Source: Tricharina praecox
Taxonomy: Eukaryota
Assembly: GCF_024521635.1 (NCBI RefSeq)
Contig: NW_026250464.1
Location: 1 to 40,863, forward strand
Direction of reading: 5' to 3'
DNA length: 40,863 nucleotides
Of the stretch, positions 1-11,099 are shown one piece after another. Each line of letters opens with the position of its first letter. The stretch's first letter is position 1. The position numbers were made by a program, and so were the translations under genes. Under the pieces are notes generated by a model. The model saw nothing but the letters and a program-made list of their open reading frames with translations, ran no database searches and was not told the origin of the DNA.

Positions 1-642
1 ACCAAGCGACACATGCCGATGCTGGAAATGTGATGCATCCTCGGCTGGTTGGCATGGTACGATGCGACGACCGCAGCGGTGCAAAGTACCTAGGTACCCG
101 CACGTGTCTTTTCGGAACACGGTGACGGCTGCTTGACGGTTCAGCATCCCGCCATATGCACTACCCTCTCCTCTGCCCGACCGGCCGAGAAAACTGCATC
201 ACCGTCTGCCACAGCCTGCGAATGAGAGCCGAACGGCTGTGGAGCACCAGTAACACGAGTTGGTTACACGACCACCGGCGGCAGATGCCGTGGGCTGAGG
301 AGATACGTTCACAATCCGGTGGCTCGCCGCTCGCAGCGGCAGGTACCGGAGGTGAAGCTCAGCCGCACGGGGGGTTGCCAGATTGACTGGCCGACCGCGC
401 TCTTCTCCGCCGCCGCTCTTCTACGACAAACCCCCCTCCGCCGCAAAGCATCGGAAATGCCATAAAACGCACCTATTCCCCGCCCGGCTGTGTATTCCCC
501 TACCCAGCCAGCACCTCCATCCGCACTCGCAACGCTACGCAGGAACCCCCCGCCCTTTTCACGTCCGCCTTACCATCCAAATTTCCCATCCTCGATTCGA
601 CTCCATCCGTCTGCACTTCGAACAACCCCGCCATCAGTCAAT

Positions 643-980
643 ATGCGTTTCTCCCTCGCGTTCACCGCCCTCTTCCTCGCCCTCGCCGTCGCCGCTCCGA
701 GCCCAGGACCGAAAGACCGTTCCTGCTCACCCGAGCAGCGAATGATGTGTCGCAAGAGCGGCAGCTGCGCGGAGCGCGGTTAGTCTCCCCCCCCCCCCCC
801 CCCCCTCCTCTCATTGCCCATTCTCCGCAGGCAACGTGCTTCTGACACGCCCCAGAGTGCACGCCGGAGGAGGTCAGCGCCGGCGACCGCAGCGTCTGTC
901 ACGACCATGGATGTCCTGGCTACAACGCGTGTCTCGCGAGTGCGGGGCTGCCGCTGATGAAGTGTAAGATGGGAAATTGA
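643..980 (+). CDS. Small secreted cysteine-rich protein (86 aa, 8 Cys); exons 643-778 and 856-980
   Basis: ATG at 643 opens a hydrophobic signal peptide (MRFSLAFTALFLALAVAA). Intron 779-855 has GTTAGT donor, CTGAC branch and CAG acceptor. The spliced frame continues ECTPEEVSAGDRSVCHDHGCPGYNACLASAGLPLMKCKMGN to TGA at 978-980. Confidence 0.8.
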
Positions 981-2079
981 GTGGTATGGCTAGGGTCCTC
1001 TGGGAGGGAGGCGAGGGGGGAGGGGGCGGGTGGCGGGGACGGGAGTGTGCAAGAAGCATGTAATGCGAGGCGGCATAGAGAGGATGGATGTAGGAGGAGT
1101 ACTGAACGGCGATGTAATCGAGAGTCGTGGCGGGGAGGCGCCAGGTCGTGGACGTGGGTGTGATGGTTTTGTGCACGGTGATCGGAATTTGTGTGTTTTT
1201 TCTCGTGGTACGCGGGGGAATTTCTGTGCAGGGACGTGGATATAAGCAATTACTGAAAGCAGTTAGCTAGGAGAATGACACTTCAATTCTGCCCCGCTTT
1301 TTTCTGGTCCCCCCCATTGCAATAAATCTGTTGCGCAACGGGAGCGGTACATGGCGGGGTTGTGCACTGCTTCTGTGTTCTCCGATCCTGTCGAGAAGTT
1401 CCGTGTTCCGGCGGAGCAGATTGTGTGTCCCATCTGCAGGCCTCCTGCAGGGAGTGCCCGCGTGCCGAGCGGGGTGTGTGCGGGGAAACTGCCAAGCGAT
1501 GTCAGCACCGGAGGATCAATCTCTGTTGAACATGTATTGCACTGTAGAGTAGAGTAAAGTGTCCCTCTCTACTCTGATACCAGGCCTCCATCCAGTGTCA
1601 GGCCGTTCCTTCTCTCCATCGCCTCCAACGCACTCGAGCATCCGCCGCGCCGTCAGCCGACACACAGACGTCGGACACTCCAATAACTGTCGAGCGAACC
1701 CACCTCGAGAACACCTCTGGCCGCGATCTGTCGCTCTCGGCTGCTAGCTCCCGGTTGTAGCGGCGATCGCCGTGACAGCACTCCACCCCCGCCATCACAG
1801 CGAACACTCGCAGCGACGACATCGCTCACCACGCGCATCAACGCGACTGGGATGTGTCGCTGGAAACAGCGGGCGAAGACAGACCTGCGACACATTTCAC
1901 TGCGGCAACTGTGAATCCGATTCCAACAGGACCGATCTCCAAGCCACCCTGCAGCGAGCGCCATCGGCCAGTCCGGCGCGGCGAAGACTCGTAACCGACA
2001 GCTACGTTCCGGCCAGGTGATCCAGCGACAGTTGCAGAAGTGAAGCAAAGCTTGCTGGCAATCCACGCGAACCGCGAAA

Positions 2080-4494
2080 ATGGAATCTCTCCGCGCTCCA
2101 CAGCTGCACTTCCATTTCCCCCTAACGGCGCCATGCGAGACCCGGCTGATGTGTCGCGGTCCACTGCGGCCAGGCGGCTTCGAGCATTGGTTACGCGACC
2201 ACCCCGATCTCGCGCTGAAAAACACTCTGATCGACATCATCCGCTTCGGCGCCAAAATCGGCTACACGGGCCCGGAGCAGCTGATCGTCGGCAAGAATTC
2301 AACTTCCGCGTTCAAGGACCCGACGGCCATCGCTGCCGACATCCACAAACGCTCGGGGCTGCACCAGATCCAGGAGATCCCCGCTGCCCAACTGCCCGCA
2401 AAGTTCATCTCGTCGCCGCTCAGCCTCACGCCGAAGTCCGACGGCAGCTGGCGGCGCATCCACAACCTCTCCTCGCCCGCCGGCCGGTCCGTCAACGACC
2501 ACATCCCGCACGACTGGGGCACGCTGAAATTCACGCACTTCGACGACGCGGTGAACGCGATCCGCCTCGCGGGGCCGGGCACAACCCTAGTCAAGCGCGA
2601 CCTGGCCGACGCATACCGGCACATCCCGGTGCACCCGTCGGACTGGTGGCTCCTCGGCTTCAGCTGGGAAGGGCGCTACTACATCGACCAGTACCTGCCA
2701 TTCGGGCTGCGCACCGCGCCCATTATCTTCGACCTCTTCTCCTCGGCGCTCGAGTCGATCCTGCGCCGCGAGGGCTGGGACCTAACGCTCCACTACCTCG
2801 ACGACTTCCTGGGCATCATCCCGTCGCACCGCGCCGCCCCCGCCTTCATCCGCGACTTCGACCGCATCACCGCCGCCCTCGGCTTCAAGATCAACACCAA
2901 AAAGAACGACCACGGCACGTGCGTCACCTTCCTCGGCATCGAGATCGACACCATCGCGATGGAAGCCCGCCTTCCGCCCAAGAAACGCGCCAACGCCGTC
3001 CGTCAACTCAAATCCATCCTCCATGCCCGCCAAGTATCATTCTCAGACCTCGAATCCCTAACCGGCAGCCTCGCCTTCGCCGCGGGCATCGCGCCCACCA
3101 GCCGCGCGTTCCTGCGCAGCCTGTACGAGCTCCAACAATCGCACACGCGCAGCCGCGGCAGCGCTATCCAGCTCACCCCGGAGGCCCGCGAAGACCTGCT
3201 GTGGTGGGTCTCGTTCCTCGACGTCTGGAACGGCAAGCTCCGCCTCTCACCGCCGAAACGGACGTTTCGTATCTGGATATCCGCGTCCGGGGCGGGAGTC
3301 GGCGGGTACTTCCTCCATGACAACCAGAAGGAGCCCGCCGACCGCTCACAAACGTTCAGCACGCGCCTCCCGCCCGCCGAGCGCGCCAGCCCTATCGAGC
3401 AGAAAACGCTCCTCGCGGCCGTGCACGCGCTCACCACCTGGGCGGACCAGCTACGCGGCAGCAAGGTTCTGCTACGATGCAATAACGCGGCGGTTACGGA
3501 CGCGATACGGAAGAACCATATTGCGGGCGCGGCGAGAGCGCCGTTGCGCGCGCTTGCGAAGTTGGTCGCCGTTGGTCATGTGGTATTAGAGGTTGTGTGT
3601 GTTCCTGCGGGCGAGAATAGGTTGGCGGAGGCACTGGCGGGTGGCGATGAGGGAGGGGTTGGGGAGGCTTGTCCAAGGTTGAAGAACGCGGGGAAGGATG
3701 CAGGGAAGGAGGGGAGGAAGGGGGTGGAGATGAGGAAGGGCTCGGTGAAGGACGGGGGGAAGAGCGACAGTGTGAAGGCTGTGCAGAAGAATAAGGCTTG
3801 TCAAGAGGGGAAACAGAAGCCGAAAGTGGTGGTGATGACCGTGGCGATTGTGGCGAAGGGCCAGCCGAAGGAGAAGGCGAAGAATCGTCCGATGATTACG
3901 GTGAAGGAGGTATTGGAGAGGAAGCCGAAGGAGGCGGCGAAGGAAGCACCGAAGCCGAAGAGCAAACCGAAGGAGCCGGTGACGCCAAAGAATAAGCCCC
4001 AGGACCTGGTGAAGCAAAAATCGAAAGACGAGGGGAAGGCCACAGAGAACAGCAAGCAGAAGGGGACGGCGAACGACAAGCCAAAGAAAAAACCCAAGGA
4101 TGAAGTGAAGACGACGCCAAAGGACACGTCAAAGCAGAAGGTGAAGGACACGGCGAAGCAGACGCCGCAGAACAAGCCACAGAACAAGCCCAAGGATTCT
4201 GTGAAGCCAACGCCGAAGGACACACCCAAGAGCAAGCCGAACGCCGGCAAGGATGCGCAAAAGAACAAGCCGAACGACAAGCCGAACGACAAGCCAAAGG
4301 AAACGAGGAAAGAAACGCAAAAGAACAATCCGAACGCCACGGCCAAGGACATCCCAAAACCCAAGCCGAAAGAAGCACCAAAGCCAACACCGAAAGCCAC
4401 GCCCAAGAATAAGAATAAGAATGATACAGTACAAAACACAGCGAAGCCAAAACCGCAGGCGAAAGCCAACAAACCGGCGGCGAGCAAGAAATAA
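2080..4494 (+). CDS. DIRS/Ngaro-type reverse transcriptase + degenerate RNase H-like domain + Lys/Pro-rich C-terminal tail (804 aa)
   Basis: Uninterrupted ORF with tyrosine-recombinase-retroelement RT motifs: HPD..G.KIGY.GP, PKSDGSWRRIHNLS, KRDLADAYRHIPV, LPFGLRTAP, YLDDF (2794-2805), FLGIEID. RNase H-like fold at ~3265-3640. KPK-rich low-complexity tail from ~3680. Confidence 0.9.
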   Translation: MESLRAPQLHFHFPLTAPCETRLMCRGPLRPGGFEHWLRDHPDLALKNTLIDIIRFGAKIGYTGPEQLIVGKNSTSAFKDPTAIAADIHKRSGLHQIQEIPAAQLPAKFISSPLSLTPKSDGSWRRIHNLSSPAGRSVNDHIPHDWGTLKFTHFDDAVNAIRLAGPGTTLVKRDLADAYRHIPVHPSDWWLLGFSWEGRYYIDQYLPFGLRTAPIIFDLFSSALESILRREGWDLTLHYLDDFLGIIPSHRAAPAFIRDFDRITAALGFKINTKKNDHGTCVTFLGIEIDTIAMEARLPPKKRANAVRQLKSILHARQVSFSDLESLTGSLAFAAGIAPTSRAFLRSLYELQQSHTRSRGSAIQLTPEAREDLLWWVSFLDVWNGKLRLSPPKRTFRIWISASGAGVGGYFLHDNQKEPADRSQTFSTRLPPAERASPIEQKTLLAAVHALTTWADQLRGSKVLLRCNNAAVTDAIRKNHIAGAARAPLRALAKLVAVGHVVLEVVCVPAGENRLAEALAGGDEGGVGEACPRLKNAGKDAGKEGRKGVEMRKGSVKDGGKSDSVKAVQKNKACQEGKQKPKVVVMTVAIVAKGQPKEKAKNRPMITVKEVLERKPKEAAKEAPKPKSKPKEPVTPKNKPQDLVKQKSKDEGKATENSKQKGTANDKPKKKPKDEVKTTPKDTSKQKVKDTAKQTPQNKPQNKPKDSVKPTPKDTPKSKPNAGKDAQKNKPNDKPNDKPKETRKETQKNNPNATAKDIPKPKPKEAPKPTPKATPKNKNKNDTVQNTAKPKPQAKANKPAASKK

Positions 4495-5147
4495 TCCCGC
4501 TGGATAATCCTATCATTGGTACTTGAAGGTAGAGATGCGCCGCCGTACTACCTATTAGTATGTTTAATCTATCCTGTGACCGCATCATCCGTTGATCATT
4601 TGACCAGGACTGAGACAGCAGCCCGTGTGTCATAAGAGCAATCATCGTCGGTCACTCGGTGGTAGATACTGGGGCCCGCAGATTCCAATTGGTCTGATGC
4701 GGATTCCTTCAGGTTCATCTTGTACAGTTGTACTTTGAGCCTTGGTAGCTGCAACTATTCGGCACTTAACATATATAATAGATGATAGATTGGATTCGTG
4801 GATTGTGGTTTCAGGTATTCTTGTTGTGTTGTATTGCTATGTCCGTTTTGGTCGGGGCTGTTGATGCGCATGTGAATTGTGTTGATACTAAGTAATGGCA
4901 GTCTATACTATAGAAGTAAAAGAGTGATTACTAAAGGACTCGTTGGGATGACGAGCTTGGTACCGAGGCCCCAAACCAACCACGGGCGCCGCCGACGTTT
5001 CATCAGACATCACTCGGTGGCGTACCGCCGCCGGTTGTGAAGAAAAGTGGCATTTTGAAGTGGTGTACAGTGTATCAGACCTAGCCGCAAGAAAGCCTTA
5101 TGTAGGGGAGGCGGGGGCGCCTCGGATTGAGGCCGCTCCCCACCTCC

Positions 5148-5697
5148 CAGGACTGTCAACCGTCCGTCCGGACTACAGTCCACTAGTGGACTGTAGTCCC
5201 GTCCCGTTCCGGGCAGGCTTTCCAGAGGACTGATCCATTCCGCCCGGAGGATGAAGTGTCCGGATGCCCGCCAGGTACCTATGCGTACCTGATAGCACTA
5301 GCGTGCTATGCTGACGAATAGTTTGCGAAGTAGTATATAGCGCGGTGACCACCAACATAATTTTCAGCCCTGAGCAGAATTTTCAGCGTCGTCAAACAAT
5401 CGAGCTCAGGGGATAGACACTGCTGGAAGTAGGAACGGGGATGGTGTGAAAGTTCTATACCGTGAGAGACACTACGAAATGGAGCTGCACAGCCACACAT
5501 CCGTACACCTGCGCCACTGTGTGGCGCCACGCTGCTTGCATTGTCCTAGTGTCCCAGTCAATTCCGGGCCCTGTAGGGTATCCGTTCTCATTTCTCCAGC
5601 CCGGAGGACTGTACTCCTTGGTCTCCTCAGCCAGACTAATTCCGTCCCAGGCCGGGCAACCTCAAAAGACGGACGGGACGGACGGTTGACAGCCCTG
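5148..5697. mobile_element. hAT-superfamily MITE (550 bp)
   Basis: 22-bp TIRs CAGG(A/G)CTGTCAACCGTCCGTCC at 5148-5169 and 5676-5697 (1 mismatch). Perfect 8-bp TSD CCACCTCC at 5140-5147 and 5698-5705. No transposase. Confidence 0.9.
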
Positions 5698-6719
5698 CCA
5701 CCTCCGTGAGAACGGTCCGAACGGATACCGGATGGGAAGTGATCTCGTACGACACGGTACACAGAAGTTCGTGAGATCATGATAGCCGGTGCCTCAATAG
5801 GGGCTGGGTATCGACGTATCTATTGATCTATGGATGCAGTTTTGGCCTTTGAACGGATTTATGTCCGCTGAACCCTATCGAGTCACTGGTTACGACCTTA
5901 CGAAGAATCGCACTGGATGCTGCAATTTCCCTCGGTGCCGATACGTTCTTTAGTAGCTATCCGGCTATGTGCGTGACACGTCCTTCTCCTCCTCCGCAGC
6001 CCGCGTTGATTCGATCCATTTGGTACATTATAGACATGCAGAAAGACCAAATGAGGGTAGAGTGGAAGGTCAACCGTCAATGGAAATTTAATCGTCGCAG
6101 TGATTACTAGCGTGTATGAAATGTAGCAGTATGAAGATTGAAAAACTTGATAATTATCTCTCTCTTGCTGCCGCAATAGATCCACTACATACACGTGCTA
6201 TCTAGCTGACCTGCCGGCTTCACCGGCGACCAACTGCGCCGGAGCTGAATCACAGCGCTGTGGGCACTAAATCTGACTCGGACGCTTGATGTGTACTCCC
6301 GCGCCTAGCCCTCCGGCTCCCAAGAAGTTCGCACAAGGTATCGGACGTCTGGGTACATCTGACAGGTACCAGCGGATAGCCCTCCGACAAGTTGCTCGAA
6401 GCACCCCCGGACCGTCACTATCAACTACATTTGACGTTCTTTTCCGAGATTGACGCAGTCTGAAAATATGTAGGTAGGTCGGATAGTTCCACTTTACTCG
6501 ACTACCTAGTAGTACTGGTAATATTGTTACGGAATATCAATAATGCAACCACCGTCACGACGGAAATCAAACTGAGTTTCCGAAGTCCCCAGCGTCCGTA
6601 ATACTAGTACACATGACAGGCGCCCCGAAGGTCGACACCGATAATACAATTATAAAAATGCCAATTCAAACATTCATATCCGTGACCACGCGCTTGCACC
6701 TGCATCCCCGCCACGGCCC

Positions 6720-9370
6720 GGAAATAGGAACCGACCGCTCGTCCCCCTGTCAATGGTCGGTTCACAACCGACAACATGAAATCAAAAGCACATATGTTTC
6801 TCGGCTTCCCCGTGCGGCGCAACCGACGTAGTACTGCAGTAAGACAGAATGAACCTCCTGTATATTAGGTAGTCGGATTGCGATTCGGTTCCGTGGTTAT
6901 CGCTTTAGCATGCATGGCGGCAGAAGTGGTTGTTCTCGGATGGCGGTGCCTAATAGCGCGCATATGCTATCGGTACACGCGTCATCGCTCGTAGCGAGCC
7001 GAGAGACCCATGGTACGGGGAATTCAGCCGGGCATTCTTTACTCTGGATGATCCAATAATAATGGGACACCGCAGCCTGCAGGGGCCACCCAACATCTAC
7101 GCCGACCACACCGAAAACCATCTGAAACCCTTGGTCGGCATACCTACGAAAACAAACAACGATCGCGATCCAAACCGAGAAATATCCACAACGTGTAGTT
7201 CGGTAATACCTGGGTGGGGGTGGGATACCGTGGAAGATATGTGTTGTCGTTGGGCCGTTGGCCGAGATAACGGGACTACTCCCGGGGTGGCTCATCCGGC
7301 TGCTGGATCGTCGGTTATCGTACACTAGGTAGAGCCCCGAGTGAAATCTAATACTACTAGGTATATAGAGTACTCGTCGACGAGCTACTGAGTTGACTAT
7401 CGACCTTCGCTGTGGGATTCCGCTTTTCGTAGTGATAGGTATGTAGCGACGTCCCCAAAACTATGTGCTGTGTATGCGACGATCCTGTGACAATTCTCGG
7501 CAGAGAGTGCGATCCGGGGGAGCTTCGGCTGACGACAACACTAACTAGCAGACGCTATTGCACGCTGTAAACCGCCACCCTCGGGGGTCCGGGGATAGGC
7601 CGGCAGGGAGATTGACGGCGGAGACGAGGCGTGAAAGGACGATTGGTTGCGGGTTGGATGTTCCGCGTACAAGGGGTATCTGCAGTTCCTCGTCAAGATC
7701 CGAACGCGGGATTCGCACCAGACCACAAACTCAGAGTACACTTGTCTCATGCAGCGCCTGTCCGCGGGCGGGCGGCCGCCCGGGTGTCAATTACGCCGAA
7801 GATAATATCACCATCCCAACGGTAGCAAGTGCGTACCATGTCGGAAACCGCGGCCCGGATCAATCATCATTGATGGTATTTGAAAGCGGACAGCTGCGAC
7901 GCACTCGCCGCGCCGGGTCTACGGTTGGACATTCAGACTCCAGAAACCACGCAATAGGAACCCTCCTGTTCGCATCTAAAGAAAGGCCATGAACAGAACA
8001 TATGCGCTTGCACATATCATACAGTCGCACCTGTGTCCCCGCAACTAACCGGGGACCTTCAACCCGAGCAATCGTTCCTCATGTGTCGATCTTCAGGTCA
8101 CAGCCGACAACATGAAAGAAATTATCCGTAACCGACGTAAGACTGCAGTAATGTGGAATGCACCCCCGGTAAGCCGATGGCGATTCGGAGTGCCAGTGGT
8201 TGTCGATGTATGGCACATGTGGTTATTCTGTGATAGTGGTGCCTACTATAGTCTGCTACCGGTTCACGCGTCACTGCGCTCAACGAGCGTGGGAGACCCG
8301 CTAACGGTACGGGATTCAGCCAGGAACGATCCAACGATAAAGTAATGAGACACTGCAGACTGTAGGGGCCGACCACACTGAAAACTTTCCGAATCCGTTC
8401 GTCGTAATACGAATACGAGGATCAACCACGATCCGAACTCAGGAAAATCCATCGGATTGAATCGTGGCGTGCAGTTGAGAATTGTCAGGGTCGATGTTCC
8501 CAGGGCCTGGTGGTGAATACTGGTGGGGTTGTGAATGACCGCGATCGCCAGGCTACGCCGCCGGGGGTGGCTGATGCGGCAGTTCTACCGGATGATCTCA
8601 CAGTAGCATGTCCTCGTTTCTGCTTGATCGTGGGGTGTCGATCGTGCACTAGAGTAGAGCTTCGAGAGAATTCTGGTAGTACTACTACGGTTTATTTTTC
8701 GATTGCTGTGTTGGATTGAATTTCTTCGTAGTAGCCTAATATCATACGTAGCATGACGACCGCTTCCTGCGTCTCCGACGCTATATACATGCGATTATTC
8801 TGTGACACTTCTCGGTAGGTAGTGCACTGCGGAAGGATACCGGCACATATGATTGTCCGACAGGGCTTCGGCTGACGACAGCACTAACTAGCAACCGCGA
8901 ATGTCGGCTGTGACATGTGAACGGCTACTTTCGGGGAGTCCGCAATCCGGGGATAGATAGGATATCGACGGAGGCGGCGCCGAGGCGTGAAACAATGGTT
9001 GCGGGGTAGAAGCTTCCGCGTGCAACTTTGCAAGGGCTTTCTGCAGTTCCTCTTCGGGAGCGGAAGGCGGGAATTGCACGGAGTTACATACTCGTGAGTC
9101 GTAGATTGACTTGTCCAACGCAACCCATCTCCGTGGCCGGCCGGCCGATGGAAAAGTTGCCGAATTGATCCGAAAGGTCTCGGGCTCCACCGAAGATAGT
9201 ATCACTAATGGGTAGCAGATACCGCGTCGAAAACCATCAAGCGGGATGAATCACCGATCATTAATGATGGTAGGTAGTTGAAAGTTGACCGCTGCGTGCG
9301 AAGCTCTTGCCGAGTTGACCTTGCCGATGCCGGACAACCCGATTCCAGACTCCGGAAATCACGGAAAAGA
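6720..9370. repeat. Diverged head-to-tail tandem duplication (~1.3-kb unit, 2 copies)
   Basis: Collinear shared blocks offset by ~1.3-1.4 kb: CCGACAACATGAA (~6768/~8105), GCTTCGGCTGACGACA.CACTAACTAGCA (~7522/~8865), CTGCAGTTCCTC (~7680/~9042), CCGAAGATA.TATCAC (~7796/~9190), CAGACTCC.GAAA (~7934/~9346). Confidence 0.75.
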
Positions 9371-9442
9371 ATTCCCCCTCCCAGTTCGCATGTAACCAAA
9401 CGCCAGGAACAGAAAGAGTACTCTCTACAACCATCATCTCAA

Positions 9443-10607
9443 TCATACCGTGTTGTCGGCAAACAACGGGTCGTGACTCTTGCATTTTCTGATCTGGCGT
9501 GATACGGCGATGTCGTCTTCGCGGGAAAGGTTCGCGGCCGGAAGCAGGTTCATGGGGTGGCTGGATTCCGGCTGCTGCTGCCTGCTCGACTGCGGCACCA
9601 ATTCCACCTCCGCCGAAGCTGCTGGCGTACTACTCCGAAACTGCAGGCGCAGCTTCGTCCTCACACACACGCCAGTGGACACGAGCAGCGGCCACAGCGC
9701 GGGCGCGCTCGCCGAAACAATTCCAATCGCGAGCTCCGTCCTGCTTGCTGTCAACACGTACCGCCCCCCGCACACTCATCAACCGGCAGGATATGGTATA
9801 CTCACGTGGTCCAGATCGCCATCGACGTAGCCGTGCTACTCGGATCCACCCCACCCTTCACCAACGTCGCAACCCGGAATAGCCCCGCCACGCAGGCGAG
9901 GCCGCCCATTCCCAACAGGCACGCGACGGCGGTCTTCTTCCGCCATCCCAGGAACTGCACCCGAACGACCAGGAGTACGGGCAAAACCCACGCGAAGATA
10001 TCCAGCACTGCACTGGTGATCGGAGTCGAAAGCTGGATGAGGTAGAAGTTCAGACACCGCCCGTGGACAGATCCGCCCGGCGAAAACGAGGCCTTGACCG
10101 GGATGCACGTGAAGATGATCAGGAACGTGATGATGATCGTGAAGGTGACGTTGCAGATCATCAGGAGTGCCGCGGTCCGCCGGATCAGGGAGTACGGTGC
10201 GAGACGACGCGTCAGGATCAGGACCGAGACGCGGGTGAGTGCCGATGTGACAGGGTACAACGTGCGTGTTATGCCGTCGAGAAGTGCCTGGCTGCGGCCG
10301 GCGACTAGAGGAATGGACTCGCTCGGTTGGTCGAGATGGTAGTTGAGTACCATCAAGGAGTGGATCACGACTAGGGCGACGACGAGAAACTGCTCAAGAT
10401 CAGCATTGATGGCGTGACAACACAAGAGGAGAGGGCCGGGCTCACGGCTGAAAGGAGAATGCAGACATCGTCGCCGCTTAGCTTTCCCTGCAGCTTGAGG
10501 CGTGAAAAAACTCGGCCGACGAGGACCACGACGATGAGCGTGAGCAGCGAGAGGTCGACGACGAGCAATAGATGTGGCATGTTATACTCCGGGAGTCGCA
10601 ATGACAT
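9443..10607 (-). CDS. PTH11-like (CFEM-less) fungal 7-TM integral membrane protein, ~347 aa; exons 10607-10446, 10389-9806, 9740-9443
   Basis: Three exons joined by GTGAG...CAG introns with matching phases. Family motifs R.FSR...G.DD, IFTCIPV, LDI...LP, KK.AV..LLG.G, WT.TELAIGIVSASAPAL. Confidence 0.88.
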
Positions 10608-11099
10608 TGCTCCTGGAAAAGGCGAGGAAGATGGGCAGGATGGAGAGCAATGAGGGCACGACGGTCGAAGGGAGCGCACTTGGGTAACTATCCACATTTA
10701 CCGACTAGGCAAGGGAAGAATCCACCGTCTTAATCCCGATTACTCATGCGAGCCGTATGGGCGGGCAGGAGATGACAGGTAGCGGTGGTCGGCTATCCCC
10801 GCCTCATCTCTCCGTTCGACAGGATCGCTGCCCTGCCACCGAAAGGCGCAATGTGTACCTAGTTTGAGAAGCCGCCGCCGCGTGTTCCCCGTATCGTTCA
10901 CGTCGAGGATGTCTACTAATAGACAGCTTGACCGCATTCCAGTCGTTGCGCACGAAAAAAGCCAATCGCGAATAACCAATTCTGGTCCTGACGCAGGTAC
11001 CGAACATGAACGAGATGACCGGGAAAAAGCAATGACCGCACCCGAGACAGTGGACGCGAATGCTGGGGTGACAAAGCGTGGCAGGAAGCGACCCGCCGG

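Noticed and set aside
2040..3320. 426-aa alternative-frame ORF overlapping the RT
   Set aside because: Arg/Pro/His-rich shadow expected from high GC3, with no Gag or recombinase motifs.
3586..4645. Hydrophobic minus-strand ORFs
   Set aside because: Antisense shadows of the Lys-rich repeat.
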